Source: an uncultured archaeon (GTDB taxonomy: Archaea > Iainarchaeota > Iainarchaeia > Iainarchaeales > GCA-2688035). From it: a DNA stretch of 64,000 nt. The stretch spans positions 4,881 through 68,880 of the forward strand of contig CAYHBD010000010.1 in assembly GCA_964354805.1 (NCBI GenBank), written 5' to 3'. The translations under genes were made by a program, and so were the position numbers. How positions within the stretch are numbered: position 1 is the stretch's first letter; every line of letters starts with the position of its first letter. Shown here piece after piece: positions 8,766 to 18,082 of this stretch. The notes beneath the pieces were generated by a model. The model searched no databases. It saw only the letters and a list, made by a program, of their open reading frames with translations, and had not been told where the DNA came from.

Positions 8766-10028
8766 TTAGCGCATTATTGTCTCTGTTCTGCCAGGCCCGA
8801 TTGAAACAATCTTTATTGGAACGCCGATTTCCTTTTCAATGAACTGAACATACTGCCTTGCTGCAGGAGGCAGTTGCTGGAACTTCTTTTCTGTTCCCTT
8901 AATATTGAATCCCTTGAATTTTTTGAAAATAGGCTTGCACTGCCCGATCTGCTGCAAATCAGTCGGGCACTGCTGCATGCTTTTCTCTTCACACTTGTAT
9001 GCAACGCAAACATTTATTTCCTGCAATCCGCTGAGCACATCCAGCTTTGTTAAAGCAATCTCCGTAAAGCCGTTCAACCTTTGGGCTGTTTTCAGCAAAA
9101 CCAAATCAAGCCAGCCAACCCTCCTCGGCCTTCCTGTTGTTGTCCCAAATTCAGCGCCAACCTCCCTGATTTTGTCGCCAAGCTCGTCCAGCAACTCTGT
9201 TACAAAAGGGCCACTGCCAACTCTTGTGGTATAAGCCTTTGCAACTCCAATCACGCGCTGGATTGACTGCAATCCCAGCCCAACTCCAGTGAAAATGGCT
9301 CCGGCAGTCGGGTGGCTGCTTGTGACAAAAGGATAAGTTCCAAAATCAATATCCAAAAAAGTGCCTTGTGCGCCCTCAAACAAAACGGTTTTCTTTTGCT
9401 TTAATGCTTCGGTTACTGCAACTGAAACATCAGCCAAATGCTCTTTCAATTTTTGCCCGAATGCATTATATTCTGAAAAAATCTGTTCTTTTGACAATTG
9501 CATTTCGCTGTTGTAAACAGCGTGCAGCATTTTTTCCTTCACTGGAAAAACAGAATCCAATCGCTCTTTTAATCTTCCTTCATCAACCAGTTCGCAGAAC
9601 CGAATCCCTGTTCTGTCTGCCCTGTCAGCATAGCATGGGCCAATGCCCCTGCCTGTTGTGCCGATTTTCTCTTTTCCTTTTGCCTGCTCTGCTGTTGCAT
9701 CAAACATTTTGTGCCAGGGCATCACAATCTGGGTTCTCGGGTCAATAAAAAGTGTGTACTTGCATTTTCCCTCTAATTCCTGCATTTCCTCCAGCAGCAC
9801 AGCTGGGTCAAGGGCAACCCCTGCTGCAATGCAGCATTTCTTTCCCTGGATTGCGCCGCTCGGCATCAGGTGGAATTTGAATTTCTCGCCTTTCACAACA
9901 ACAGTGTGCCCTGCATTGTTTCCGCCGTTAAAGCGGACAACAAAATCCGCTTTGCCAGCAAGCAAATCAACTATTTTGCCCTTTCCTTCATCACCAAACT
10001 GCGCACCAATAACAACGCTAGCAGGCAT
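8766..10028 (-). CDS. purA: Adenylosuccinate synthetase
   Basis: GAQFGDEGKGK, GNNAGHT, EGAQG, GTTTGRPRR. Confidence 0.97.
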   Translation of the reverse strand: MPASVVIGAQFGDEGKGKIVDLLAGKADFVVRFNGGNNAGHTVVVKGEKFKFHLMPSGAIQGKKCCIAAGVALDPAVLLEEMQELEGKCKYTLFIDPRTQIVMPWHKMFDATAEQAKGKEKIGTTGRGIGPCYADRADRTGIRFCELVDEGRLKERLDSVFPVKEKMLHAVYNSEMQLSKEQIFSEYNAFGQKLKEHLADVSVAVTEALKQKKTVLFEGAQGTFLDIDFGTYPFVTSSHPTAGAIFTGVGLGLQSIQRVIGVAKAYTTRVGSGPFVTELLDELGDKIREVGAEFGTTTGRPRRVGWLDLVLLKTAQRLNGFTEIALTKLDVLSGLQEINVCVAYKCEEKSMQQCPTDLQQIGQCKPIFKKFKGFNIKGTEKKFQQLPPAARQYVQFIEKEIGVPIKIVSIGPGRTETIMR

Positions 10029-10093
10029 TTGAAAACTCACCAATAGAAAGCGAACACAGAAAGGGTTTTTAAATAAATGCAGCGAAAACGAAA

Positions 10094-11521
10094 TTAGGCC
10101 TGTTTCTCTTTTTGTTTTCCTTCTTTCAGTCTTTCTTTGGATTTTGTTATTTGGCTTGTAATGCCTTCCAGCCATTTTTGTTTGCTTTGCTCAAACTCTT
10201 TTTTTGCCTTGTCCACATCTTCTTTGGTTTGCGCGCTGAGCAGCTTTGTGGCAGCTTGTTTTTGTTTTTCTTCCAGTTCTTTCAGGTCAATCTTTTCAAA
10301 CATTTCATCGGTTTTCTCAACAGCAGGCTTTTTTGCTACAAAAACGCCAACCGTTGTGCCGATGTTTGAGAATAAAATTATTAGGAAAACTATCTGGACA
10401 AGAGCTGTCTGCTCTGCTATTGCCGCGCCCATTATTGCAGGATATGTTGCAAGGATTGCTGCTGCAAGGCCCCTGGCCATCAAATTCTGCAGAATGGCCT
10501 TGTCTTCGCGCAGCTCTTTTTTTATTTTCACAAAAAGCCATGCTGCAACAGCCCTTGCAACTATGATGAGAAACATTAATGCAAGGGCGATTGCAACCAG
10601 TTCAATTGTTACGCTGCTTAATTCAAAGATTATTCCAATGTAAATGAAGAAGAATGTCCTGATGAAGAAGCTTATTTCTTTTTGGAAAAGGGTTATGTCA
10701 GTGTCAAGCTGGCATTGCCGCATTTTCAGGAAGGAAGTGATTTCTTTTGCGTTTCCAAGTACCAGCCCAAAAACAAGGGCTGCAATTGCCCCGTTTGCAT
10801 GGGCGTATTCCGTTAAAAAATACAGGAAAAAGAGCACTGCGATTGTGAGAATGTACTGGTGCTCTTTTACTGCCCTTAAATCGCGAAGCAGCACAAGCCA
10901 GTATATTGCAAAAACAAAGCCAAGGACAGCCGCAATCGAGAATGCCCCGAGCAGGCTTTCAACCACCTGCCTTAATTCAAGTGTTTGCATCAAAAATATT
11001 TCAATCAATGCGATTGTTGCAATAATGCACAATGCGTCAGTTAAGGCGCTTTCAAGCGCTAGAACAATCCTTGTTTCCTCTTTCACCTGCAGGCTGTTCA
11101 CCAAAGGAATTATTATTGCGCTGCATGTTCCGGAAATTATTACCCCAAGCATTAGGGCGACAAGCATGTTCCACCCAAGCAAAAACATCATTGAGGCAGT
11201 GAACAAAACAGTCAGGGCAAAGCAAAATATTGCAAATCCAAAGGCAGGGCTAACCTCTTTTATTACCTTGTAAAAATTCAGCTTCAGGCCGCCCTCAAAC
11301 AACAGCATTATCAAAGTCAGGGCAGCAAAAAACGGGACAATTGTCTTAAAGAAACCTATTGTCGGAACATCGATAAAATTAAACAAGGGCCCTATTGCCA
11401 GGCCAACCAGCATTAGCAAAACAGTGTCTGAAATTTTTGTTTTCTTGAACAAAATCTGGCCAAAAAAGCCAATGACAATCACGCTTGCAACCAGCAGGAA
11501 GCCGCTCAATACATCAACCAT
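10094..11521 (-). CDS. CPA1/NhaP-type cation:proton antiporter with coiled-coil tail
   Basis: LLFEGG, LESALTD, ARGLAAA motifs. Confidence 0.9.
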   Translation of the reverse strand: MVDVLSGFLLVASVIVIGFFGQILFKKTKISDTVLLMLVGLAIGPLFNFIDVPTIGFFKTIVPFFAALTLIMLLFEGGLKLNFYKVIKEVSPAFGFAIFCFALTVLFTASMMFLLGWNMLVALMLGVIISGTCSAIIIPLVNSLQVKEETRIVLALESALTDALCIIATIALIEIFLMQTLELRQVVESLLGAFSIAAVLGFVFAIYWLVLLRDLRAVKEHQYILTIAVLFFLYFLTEYAHANGAIAALVFGLVLGNAKEITSFLKMRQCQLDTDITLFQKEISFFIRTFFFIYIGIIFELSSVTIELVAIALALMFLIIVARAVAAWLFVKIKKELREDKAILQNLMARGLAAAILATYPAIMGAAIAEQTALVQIVFLIILFSNIGTTVGVFVAKKPAVEKTDEMFEKIDLKELEEKQKQAATKLLSAQTKEDVDKAKKEFEQSKQKWLEGITSQITKSKERLKEGKQKEKQA

Positions 11522-11637
11522 AAACAGTAAATTAAAACAGCAAGGTAGTATTAAAAGCTTGGGGATGGACTCAGAACAGGGCAATGTTTTTTGGCTGCAA
11601 AAACAACTTTTTTAAACTGTTTGAAAGCAAATATTGT

Positions 11638-13095
11638 ATGGTTGGCAAAAATAATAGCCCTGAACTGGCTCTGACTTTTGATGATGTTCTTCTTCTTCCA
11701 GGAGCAAGCGATGTTCTGCCCAAGGATGCAAGCCTGCAGACAAGGCTGAGCAAAAAAATCAAATTAAATATTCCATTGCTGAGCGCTGCAATGGACACTG
11801 TTACTGAAAGCGAGACTGCCATTGCAATAGCAAGGCAGGGCGGCCTTGGAGTAGTGCACAGAAACATGGGCATTGAGGAACAGGCAACCGAGGTTGAAAA
11901 GGTAAAGAGAAGCGAATTCCTGATTATAAACAACCCCATATGCGTCCAGCCAAATGATTCGCTTGAAAAAATCATGCAATTGGTTAAGGCAACAAAGGTG
12001 AAAAGCTTTCCGGTAACCGAGGCAGGAAAGGTTGTTGGAATAATTACAAGCAGGGACATGCTGTTTGAAACTGATTTAAGGAAAAAAGCAGCAGACATAA
12101 TGACAAAAGAAGTGATAACAATTGACCATGAGCCGAGCGTTGACGAGGCAAAGGCATTGCTGCACAAGCACAGGGTTGAAAAGCTGCCAATAGTTGACAA
12201 GGAAAAGCGCTTGGTTGGAATGCTTACTGCAACAGACATAAGAAAGCAGGAAAAATTCCCTGAAGCATCAAAAGACAAGGCAGGCAGGTTAATGGTTGCA
12301 GCAGCTGTTGGCCCAAGCGATGACGAAAGGGTTTCCAAATTGCTGGCAGTGGATGTGGACGCAATATTCATTGACACAGCGCACGGGCACAGCAAAATGG
12401 TAATAGATGCAGTGAAAAGATTCAAGCGGCTGTTTAAGGCAGAGGTTATTGCCGGAAATGTTGCAACAGCAGCAGCTGTTCATGACCTTGCTGCTGCCGG
12501 AGCAGATGCGATAAAGGTCGGTGTTGGCCCTGGAAGCATTTGCACCACTCGCGTTATAACCGGGGTTGGAGTGCCGCAATTCAGCGCAATAATGCACTGC
12601 GCTGAGGCAGCGGAAAAATATGATATTCCAATTATTGCTGACGGCGGAGTGAAATACAGCGGAGACATTACCAAAGCGATTGCTGCTGGGGCAAGCAGTG
12701 TAATGATTGGCAGCATCTTTGCAGGCTGCGATGAAACTCCAGGGAGAACAATTTTCCTGAACAACAGGAAATTCAAGCAATACAGGGGAATGGGTTCGGT
12801 TGCAGCAATGCAGAAAGGCAGCAACGAGCGCTATTTGCAGGGGCATGTGGATGAGAAAAGCAAGCTTGTTCCTGAGGGAGTTGAAGGGATTGTTCCATTC
12901 AAGGGAAGCATTGCCGAAACAGTTTTCCAATTGCTTGGCGGCCTTAGGAGCGGAATGGGAATGGTTGGCGCAAAAAACATTGCCATGCTGAGAACAAAAA
13001 CAAATTTCATCAGAATAACAGAAGCAAGCCTGCGGGAATCGCATCCGCATGATGTCATAATAACAGAGCAGAGCCCGAATTATCCCGGGATGTAA
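11638..13095 (+). CDS. guaB: IMP dehydrogenase with CBS pair
   Basis: [32 protein letters not shown]. Confidence 0.97.
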   Translation: MVGKNNSPELALTFDDVLLLPGASDVLPKDASLQTRLSKKIKLNIPLLSAAMDTVTESETAIAIARQGGLGVVHRNMGIEEQATEVEKVKRSEFLIINNPICVQPNDSLEKIMQLVKATKVKSFPVTEAGKVVGIITSRDMLFETDLRKKAADIMTKEVITIDHEPSVDEAKALLHKHRVEKLPIVDKEKRLVGMLTATDIRKQEKFPEASKDKAGRLMVAAAVGPSDDERVSKLLAVDVDAIFIDTAHGHSKMVIDAVKRFKRLFKAEVIAGNVATAAAVHDLAAAGADAIKVGVGPGSICTTRVITGVGVPQFSAIMHCAEAAEKYDIPIIADGGVKYSGDITKAIAAGASSVMIGSIFAGCDETPGRTIFLNNRKFKQYRGMGSVAAMQKGSNERYLQGHVDEKSKLVPEGVEGIVPFKGSIAETVFQLLGGLRSGMGMVGAKNIAMLRTKTNFIRITEASLRESHPHDVIITEQSPNYPGM

Positions 13096-13105
13096 TTCAA
13101 ATTTT

Positions 13106-13693
13106 CTATTCCAAGCCAATTCTGTCTTTTATTTTTTTAATTGCCTCTATAGATAAAGTAAAAAAATCGTCCATAGGCAGTCCAGCCGGTTCTATTTCTT
13201 TGACTAGCTCTCTGTTGCAATTTGCCGCAAATTTTTTGTCATTGAATTTTTTCTTTAATCCTTTTGCGTCCATTTCTGAGATTCTTTTTCCCCTCATTAA
13301 GGCATATGCATAAATGATTCCGGTCAATGTTTCGGCAGCGGTAAGACAATGCTGTATTTTTGAGTTTCTTTTTTTGTCTTTTAACAGGGGAATTTCATCA
13401 TAACCAATCCCATGAGATTGTACGTTTTCTATGAATGTATCATCAAAACCTTTTGCTTTCAGTATTTCTACTGCTTTAATGCAGTGTTCTCTCCAATCAT
13501 TTCTTGTTAATGCCCAATCAACGTCGTGTAATAAGCCGAGCATCCCCCAATACTCAATGTTTTCGCCAAATTTTTCAGCTAACGCCCTCATAATCGCTTC
13601 TGTTTCTAAATAATGGTTCATATCAGAATTAGCTTGGGGCATACTTTTCAGTAAAACAATTGCTTCTTCTCTTGTTATCGGCAAACTATTCAT
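13106..13693 (-). CDS. HD-domain phosphohydrolase (HDIG-like)
   Basis: NHYLETEAIMRALA...GLLHDVDW, KKFAA. Confidence 0.85.
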   Translation of the reverse strand: MNSLPITREEAIVLLKSMPQANSDMNHYLETEAIMRALAEKFGENIEYWGMLGLLHDVDWALTRNDWREHCIKAVEILKAKGFDDTFIENVQSHGIGYDEIPLLKDKKRNSKIQHCLTAAETLTGIIYAYALMRGKRISEMDAKGLKKKFNDKKFAANCNRELVKEIEPAGLPMDDFFTLSIEAIKKIKDRIGLE

Positions 13694-13730
13694 TTTCTCA
13701 CATTGGTTTATTGACCTATTTAACAGCCAG

Positions 13731-13749
13731 TGCACGGGGGCGGTTTCAA
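13731..13749 (-). repeat. Duplicate of the tRNA-Leu 3' end (att-like)
   Basis: tgcacgggggcgg identical at 13731-13743 and 13811-13823. Confidence 0.7.
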
Positions 13750-13810
13750 CACGCCACTACGTAGGCGTGGTTGTGCCCGTTCGACCCAACAGGGCTTCTT
13801 CGAAGCCCTA

Positions 13811-13991
13811 TGCACGGGGGCGGGTTCGAACCGCCGAACGCACTAAGCGACAGGATTTCGCAAGCCCTCTCTTTGTTTTCTTTTTCCCAGGGCTTTTCTT
13901 GGCGAAGCCCTTTTTCTTTCCCAAGGCTTTCTTTTTTCAAAAAAGAAAGGCTTCTTGAGTCCTGCGGGTTTGACCGCTTCCCTACCCGTGC
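13811..13991 (-). tRNA. tRNA-Leu(CAA) with 97-nt intron at 37/38 (13857-13953)
   Basis: Acceptor GCACGGG/CCCGTGC, CAGGA/TCCTG anticodon stem, long variable arm, GTTCGAA T-loop, relaxed BHB. Confidence 0.92.
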
Positions 13992-14039
13992 ATTAAGATA
14001 ATTTTAATAAGAAAAAGGAATATTAAAAGCTTGCCCTTC

Positions 14040-14450
14040 TCAAAATTCGAGCAAATCCCCGACTTTTATCATCGGGAACCTGCCTTCCGCCCTGACAAAG
14101 ATTGCACCGTGCTCTCCTTTCACCATGGCATTGGGGCTCTTGCTTCCTAACTGCAAATCAATGATGCGCAATTGCGTAGCCTGCACTTTTGTTTTCGCCT
14201 TTTTGCTTATTACACCGCTTGCAACAATGCCCTGCAGCATTAGGCTGTCCTGCACATGGAAAACCCCGGTAACCTGAAAGGCATTGCCCATCATTGGCGT
14301 TTCAGCAATTGTAACTATTTCGTCCTTTACCTTTTTCTTTTCTTTAAGCTCAACTTCCATTGCCTTGCGCTTGCTTGCCTCAGGAATGCACACTCCAAGG
14401 CTGCGCTTTTTATCCTTTTCAAAAAGGCGCTGCAGAATCTCCATAACCAA
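14040..14450 (-). CDS. EF-Tu domain II-like beta-barrel protein
   Basis: FQVTGVFHV...GIVASGVI...IKVGDLLEF pattern. Confidence 0.6.
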   Translation of the reverse strand: MVMEILQRLFEKDKKRSLGVCIPEASKRKAMEVELKEKKKVKDEIVTIAETPMMGNAFQVTGVFHVQDSLMLQGIVASGVISKKAKTKVQATQLRIIDLQLGSKSPNAMVKGEHGAIFVRAEGRFPMIKVGDLLEF

Positions 14451-14462
14451 CCCTCTGCTCCC

Positions 14463-14546
14463 TTATATTATAGGTTATACTTAATCTCGCCCACATGAGG
14501 CTAAACAACTTCTCCTCTTCCCCAACCTTTATATTATAGGTTATAC
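14463..14546. promoter_or_regulatory. 18-bp perfect direct repeat between divergent genes
   Basis: TTATATTATAGGTTATAC at 14463-14480 and 14529-14546. Confidence 0.55.
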
Positions 14547-14550
14547 CTAA

Positions 14551-15069
14551 ATGATTAAAAAATTGCCCATTCTTACTATTATCATGAAACCGGCTGTTTA
14601 CTGGAGAAGTGCCCTTGGCCTTTTCTGGGCATTCATGTTCTTCATTCTATTGTCACTTGTAATAGGCTTAACCTACTTGGAGAAGCTTGTCTTCTACCCT
14701 TATGCGATTTTTTTAAGCGCAATCCTTATTGTTTTCCTTGCTGCATTCGCATTATTCAAAAAAAGGTCAAAGGCAGGGCTTTACCTTTGCTTAATCCTCT
14801 CAGCACTTTTTGCATTAAACCAGATTGCGACACTTTTCATTCTGTTAACCCAGCCATCTGAAATCCTGCCAACAGAGGTATTCAGCGCAGTTGCCAGCCT
14901 GCAGTCAACGCCCTTCCCGTTGATTGTTTCAGCCCTGCTTTTAATCTGGGCTCTGCTGCTCTGCATTGTCACCTGGAAGAGCAGGCCGTTGTTTGCGCCT
15001 GACATGCAAAAGGAACAAATTGCATGGTTTGAACAGGTGCAAAAAACAGAGGCTTATTCCTTCAAATAA
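14551..15069 (+). CDS. Four-TM hypothetical membrane protein
   Basis: Hydrophobic segments. Confidence 0.65.
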   Translation: MIKKLPILTIIMKPAVYWRSALGLFWAFMFFILLSLVIGLTYLEKLVFYPYAIFLSAILIVFLAAFALFKKRSKAGLYLCLILSALFALNQIATLFILLTQPSEILPTEVFSAVASLQSTPFPLIVSALLLIWALLLCIVTWKSRPLFAPDMQKEQIAWFEQVQKTEAYSFK

Positions 15070-15116
15070 CGGCTTTGCCGAAGCAAGTTTTATGCTCAAT
15101 TTATTCTTTCTTTCCC

Positions 15117-15255
15117 CACAATGTCAAGCATCAAAATATTTCTTTTTTGTTTCATTGCTTGGCATTGTGCCAAGGCTTTCTTTTCTAAAGAAAGGCTTGC
15201 CGAAGGCATTTTTTCCCAAGCCTTTTGCACCGTAGTGCAAAAGGCTTGCCGAAAG
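15117..15255 (-). repeat. Mosaic of family B (15117-15169) and two family A hairpin units
   Basis: Near-identical to parts of 2216-2253 and 2427-2478 in reverse orientation. Confidence 0.8.
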
Positions 15256-15288
15256 AATAAAATACAAGTTTAAACATAAAGTAAAGCA

Positions 15289-15735
15289 ATGAAAAAGGAA
15301 ATTTTCTTAATTGTTTTTCTTTTTGGTGCTGTTGCTTTAAGCGGCTGCACTCAACCAGGGTCTGTTACTGTTTTCAAATACGTTTGCTTTGATGGCACGG
15401 TTGTGGAAAATCAATCTGATTGCCCTGCATTGCCTGATGTGAATTGCGAGCTAAGCTGCCCTTGCTCATGCCCCACGCCTGTTTTGCCTGAGACAAGCCA
15501 GGAGGAATTCATTCAGGGCCAGATAGATAAAGCAAACTACTGCTCTGTAAAAGAGGACTGTGTTCTGGCTGAAAGCAAGTGCCCCTTCGGCTGCACTATT
15601 TTCGTCAACAAGAGCGAACTTGCCAGAATAAACAAAATAATCAGCGAATACAGGCAAGTATGCAATCTTTCCTGCACGCCCCTGAAATACTATAACTGCG
15701 ATGAAAACAAGTGCGTTGAAACAGACTGGGGTTAA
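15289..15735 (+). CDS. Cys-rich lipoprotein
   Basis: LSGC lipobox; CFDGT...CP and many Cys pairs. Confidence 0.75.
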   Translation: MKKEIFLIVFLFGAVALSGCTQPGSVTVFKYVCFDGTVVENQSDCPALPDVNCELSCPCSCPTPVLPETSQEEFIQGQIDKANYCSVKEDCVLAESKCPFGCTIFVNKSELARINKIISEYRQVCNLSCTPLKYYNCDENKCVETDWG

Positions 15736-15791
15736 AGGGCTGGCAACTCGGGCGAAAGAATAAAATAGGGGTTTGGCGTATAATTAATTAG

Positions 15792-15980
15792 GTGAATGCT
15801 TTGTTTAGATTTTTCAGGAGAAGAAAACTAATTCCTGTCCCTGCTTCCGGCAACACTCCGGGTGACAGAAGAGTTAGACCACCGATAATGACCGGCGTTC
15901 ATCCATCTGTGGGAAGGGTTTACTTTGACCGATTTCTTGAGTTGTGGAAGCCAAACAAAAGAAAATCAAAAGAGCAATAG
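15792..15980 (+). CDS. Small basic orphan protein
   Basis: Arg/Lys-rich N-terminus; own TATA-like upstream region. Confidence 0.45.
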   Translation: MNALFRFFRRRKLIPVPASGNTPGDRRVRPPIMTGVHPSVGRVYFDRFLELWKPNKRKSKEQ

Positions 15981-16056
15981 CTGGAATTTTGCCCGAATTA
16001 TTCTTCCCCTTAATTTTTCGCAGGGGCTGTAAGGAAATGCTTACAGTTTAGTGCAG

Positions 16057-16119
16057 TTACCTTAGTGTAATATAATAACCATTCTTATTTAAATATATTC
16101 GCTTATTACCTTAATGTAA
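16057..16119. promoter_or_regulatory. Paired TTACCTTARTGTAA operators flanking a TATA box
   Basis: 16057-16070 and 16106-16119 around TTTAAATA, upstream of the AbrB-like gene. Confidence 0.55.
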
Positions 16120-16134
16120 CATTGAGGTGTTTTT

Positions 16135-16290
16135 GTGCCAAATCTACAGTTTTCAAAGGGCAGATGGAGCTTAACCATTCCTTTTGAAATGGTTGAATCA
16201 AAAGGCTGGCAGAAAGGCCAGCGCCTGCTATGCAATTTCAACGCCCAGGGCAACATTGAATTAAGCGAATTAAAGCCAAAAACAAAATAG
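16135..16290 (+). CDS. AbrB/MazE-like DNA-binding protein (51 aa, not in ORF track)
   Basis: GAGGTG RBS, GTG start; WSLTIPFEMVESKGWQKGQRL. Confidence 0.7.
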   Translation: MPNLQFSKGRWSLTIPFEMVESKGWQKGQRLLCNFNAQGNIELSELKPKTK

Positions 16291-16406
16291 GCCTGCTGCT
16301 CGTTTTCTGCCGTTGTAAAGCGCAGGTTTTTAAAGCTTTTTTTGAGGAAAAAGGTTTTTATAGTAGAAAAGCCTTTTTGTTACAAAACAAAGAAGGGAAA
16401 AAAAAG

Positions 16407-16853
16407 ATGCCTAAAGCACTGTTTTATATTGAGGGCAAAAACGTGCAGCATATTGGTTGCAGGCTAATTGTTACAAAACAATTAATCCACACTGGGCTCA
16501 CTAAAGGCGGGGCATTCAATTTGCCTGACGGCAGGGTTGAAATTGTTTTGGAAGGGAGCGAAGACCAATTAAAAAACGCCCACAACTATATTAAAGACAA
16601 TTTGATTGAATGGATAAAGCAATCAGCAAACGAAAGGGAAGAACTAAAGCGATTGATTGGAAACCCAAAGCCTGATGTCAAAATCAGTGAATTAGAGTTT
16701 AACGATTCACTGCTTGTGCTTGACATTGGGTTATTCAGCCATTCATTAACCTTTGACCAAATATACAAGGGAATAGACGTTTACAAAGATTTAACAAAAT
16801 CAATCCTGCTTCTTAATCAAACACTAAAAAACAAAAACTCAGCCGGGAACTAA
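16407..16853 (+). CDS. Acylphosphatase-fold protein with C-terminal extension
   Basis: GKNVQHIGCR and FNLPDGRVEIVLEG motifs. Confidence 0.75.
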   Translation: MPKALFYIEGKNVQHIGCRLIVTKQLIHTGLTKGGAFNLPDGRVEIVLEGSEDQLKNAHNYIKDNLIEWIKQSANEREELKRLIGNPKPDVKISELEFNDSLLVLDIGLFSHSLTFDQIYKGIDVYKDLTKSILLLNQTLKNKNSAGN

Positions 16854-17184
16854 AAGAAGGCACTATTATAGTGAAAAAAGAAAGAGTAGCCTTCCGCTGC
16901 TGGCACTGCTTTGAATAGCTGATTGTTTTTCCTTGCTTTGAAAGGAACTTGGCAATATCCCGAACAGAACCATTTTGGGGAGCAGAACCTTCTTTGCCCT
17001 TAACATGTTTGCCTGATTTATAAGCACTGTAAAACTGTTTTACAGTGCCTGCTTTTGATTGCAGCCATGCTCTCGCTAAAACAATCGAGCCCTCTACATC
17101 GTGAAAGTCTGTGTCCCGCTGCTCCGGCAACAAATGCCTGCTGCTTGAATTTTATATAAAACTCTAAAAAAAGCAAAAGGAGGC

Positions 17185-17254
17185 GGGGCGGGAAAAAAAG
17201 AGAAAAAAACCCGCCCTGTTTTTTTTTCAAATAGCAGGCGTTGAAACGCCTGCT
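17185..17254. terminator. Two GC-rich hairpins followed by T runs
   Basis: GGGCGGG/CCCGCCC and AGCAGGCGTT/AACGCCTGCT. Confidence 0.4.
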
Positions 17255-17370
17255 GCTTTTTCTTTTTTTTCAAGCAATTGCTTTGTCTTTTCTATTTCTT
17301 CCATTTAAATGCACTGCTTGAAATAAGCCGGGAAAAAATTGAAACCCGTGTGGCGCATAACAAAACCCTT

Positions 17371-17736
17371 TCAGGCAATTTGTGTTTCAACCAGCTGCCT
17401 TGACCACATGAACAAAACCAAGACAACAACAAGGATTAAAATAATCCAGCCGAAAGAAAAAAAGAAGCCTACAACATCAAAGCTGGTGGCGAAGCTTTCC
17501 TGACTGGCTTGAACAACATCCTGCAGCTGTGCCTTTATGCCCGCATCCTCAATTGTTGAAAAGCTTTGCTCTGCATCAGCAATCAGCGACTGCCCTTGTG
17601 CCATGAATGAAATATTTATCAATTGGGTGAATGGCAAAAGCAGGGCAAACAAAAACAGCAGGAAAATGGAGAGCGAAACGAAAGCCATGAACAAGGAAAC
17701 ACTGCCCCTGCCGCCTAATTTTTTTATCTCAAACAT
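17371..17736 (-). CDS. Two-TM protein with class III signal-like leader; candidate virion or pilin subunit
   Basis: KKLGGRG then a long hydrophobic helix; second C-terminal hydrophobic helix; GGTGTGATGG upstream. Confidence 0.6.
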   Translation of the reverse strand: MFEIKKLGGRGSVSLFMAFVSLSIFLLFLFALLLPFTQLINISFMAQGQSLIADAEQSFSTIEDAGIKAQLQDVVQASQESFATSFDVVGFFFSFGWIILILVVVLVLFMWSRQLVETQIA

Positions 17737-17784
17737 TTGCCATCACACCAACACACATATTATGTGCCTTCCAATTAAAATTTT

Positions 17785-18036
17785 TTACGCTCCGATTTTT
17801 TTTTCAATTGCCACAATTTTTTCCAATGTAGTTTTTTTCATTTCACTCTCTGGCCATCGCTCAACTTGCGCTTTCAGCAAGCCCACTTCAATTTTCTGAA
17901 AGCCTGATATTGTTTTGCGCTCCTCGCTGCCCAGGTTCTTCTTCGCAGCTCGCTTTTGCAAGCGAACAAACTGATTAAGACAACTAAAAACGCTTTCAAA
18001 GTCCAAATACATCAAACCACCTCCTTTTTCGTTCAC
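17785..18036 (-). CDS. Hypothetical element protein
   Basis: ORF co-oriented in the element; GGAGGTGG before an internal ATG. Confidence 0.5.
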   Translation of the reverse strand: MNEKGGGLMYLDFESVFSCLNQFVRLQKRAAKKNLGSEERKTISGFQKIEVGLLKAQVERWPESEMKKTTLEKIVAIEKKIGA

Positions 18037-18082
18037 TTTCCCGAGATAAACAATCTAAATTAAACACAACCCAACATATTCA

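Noticed and set aside
13746-14001. Short ORFs over tRNA-Leu (likewise 26916-27122 over tRNA-Ser)
   Set aside because: They overlap tRNA genes and their introns.
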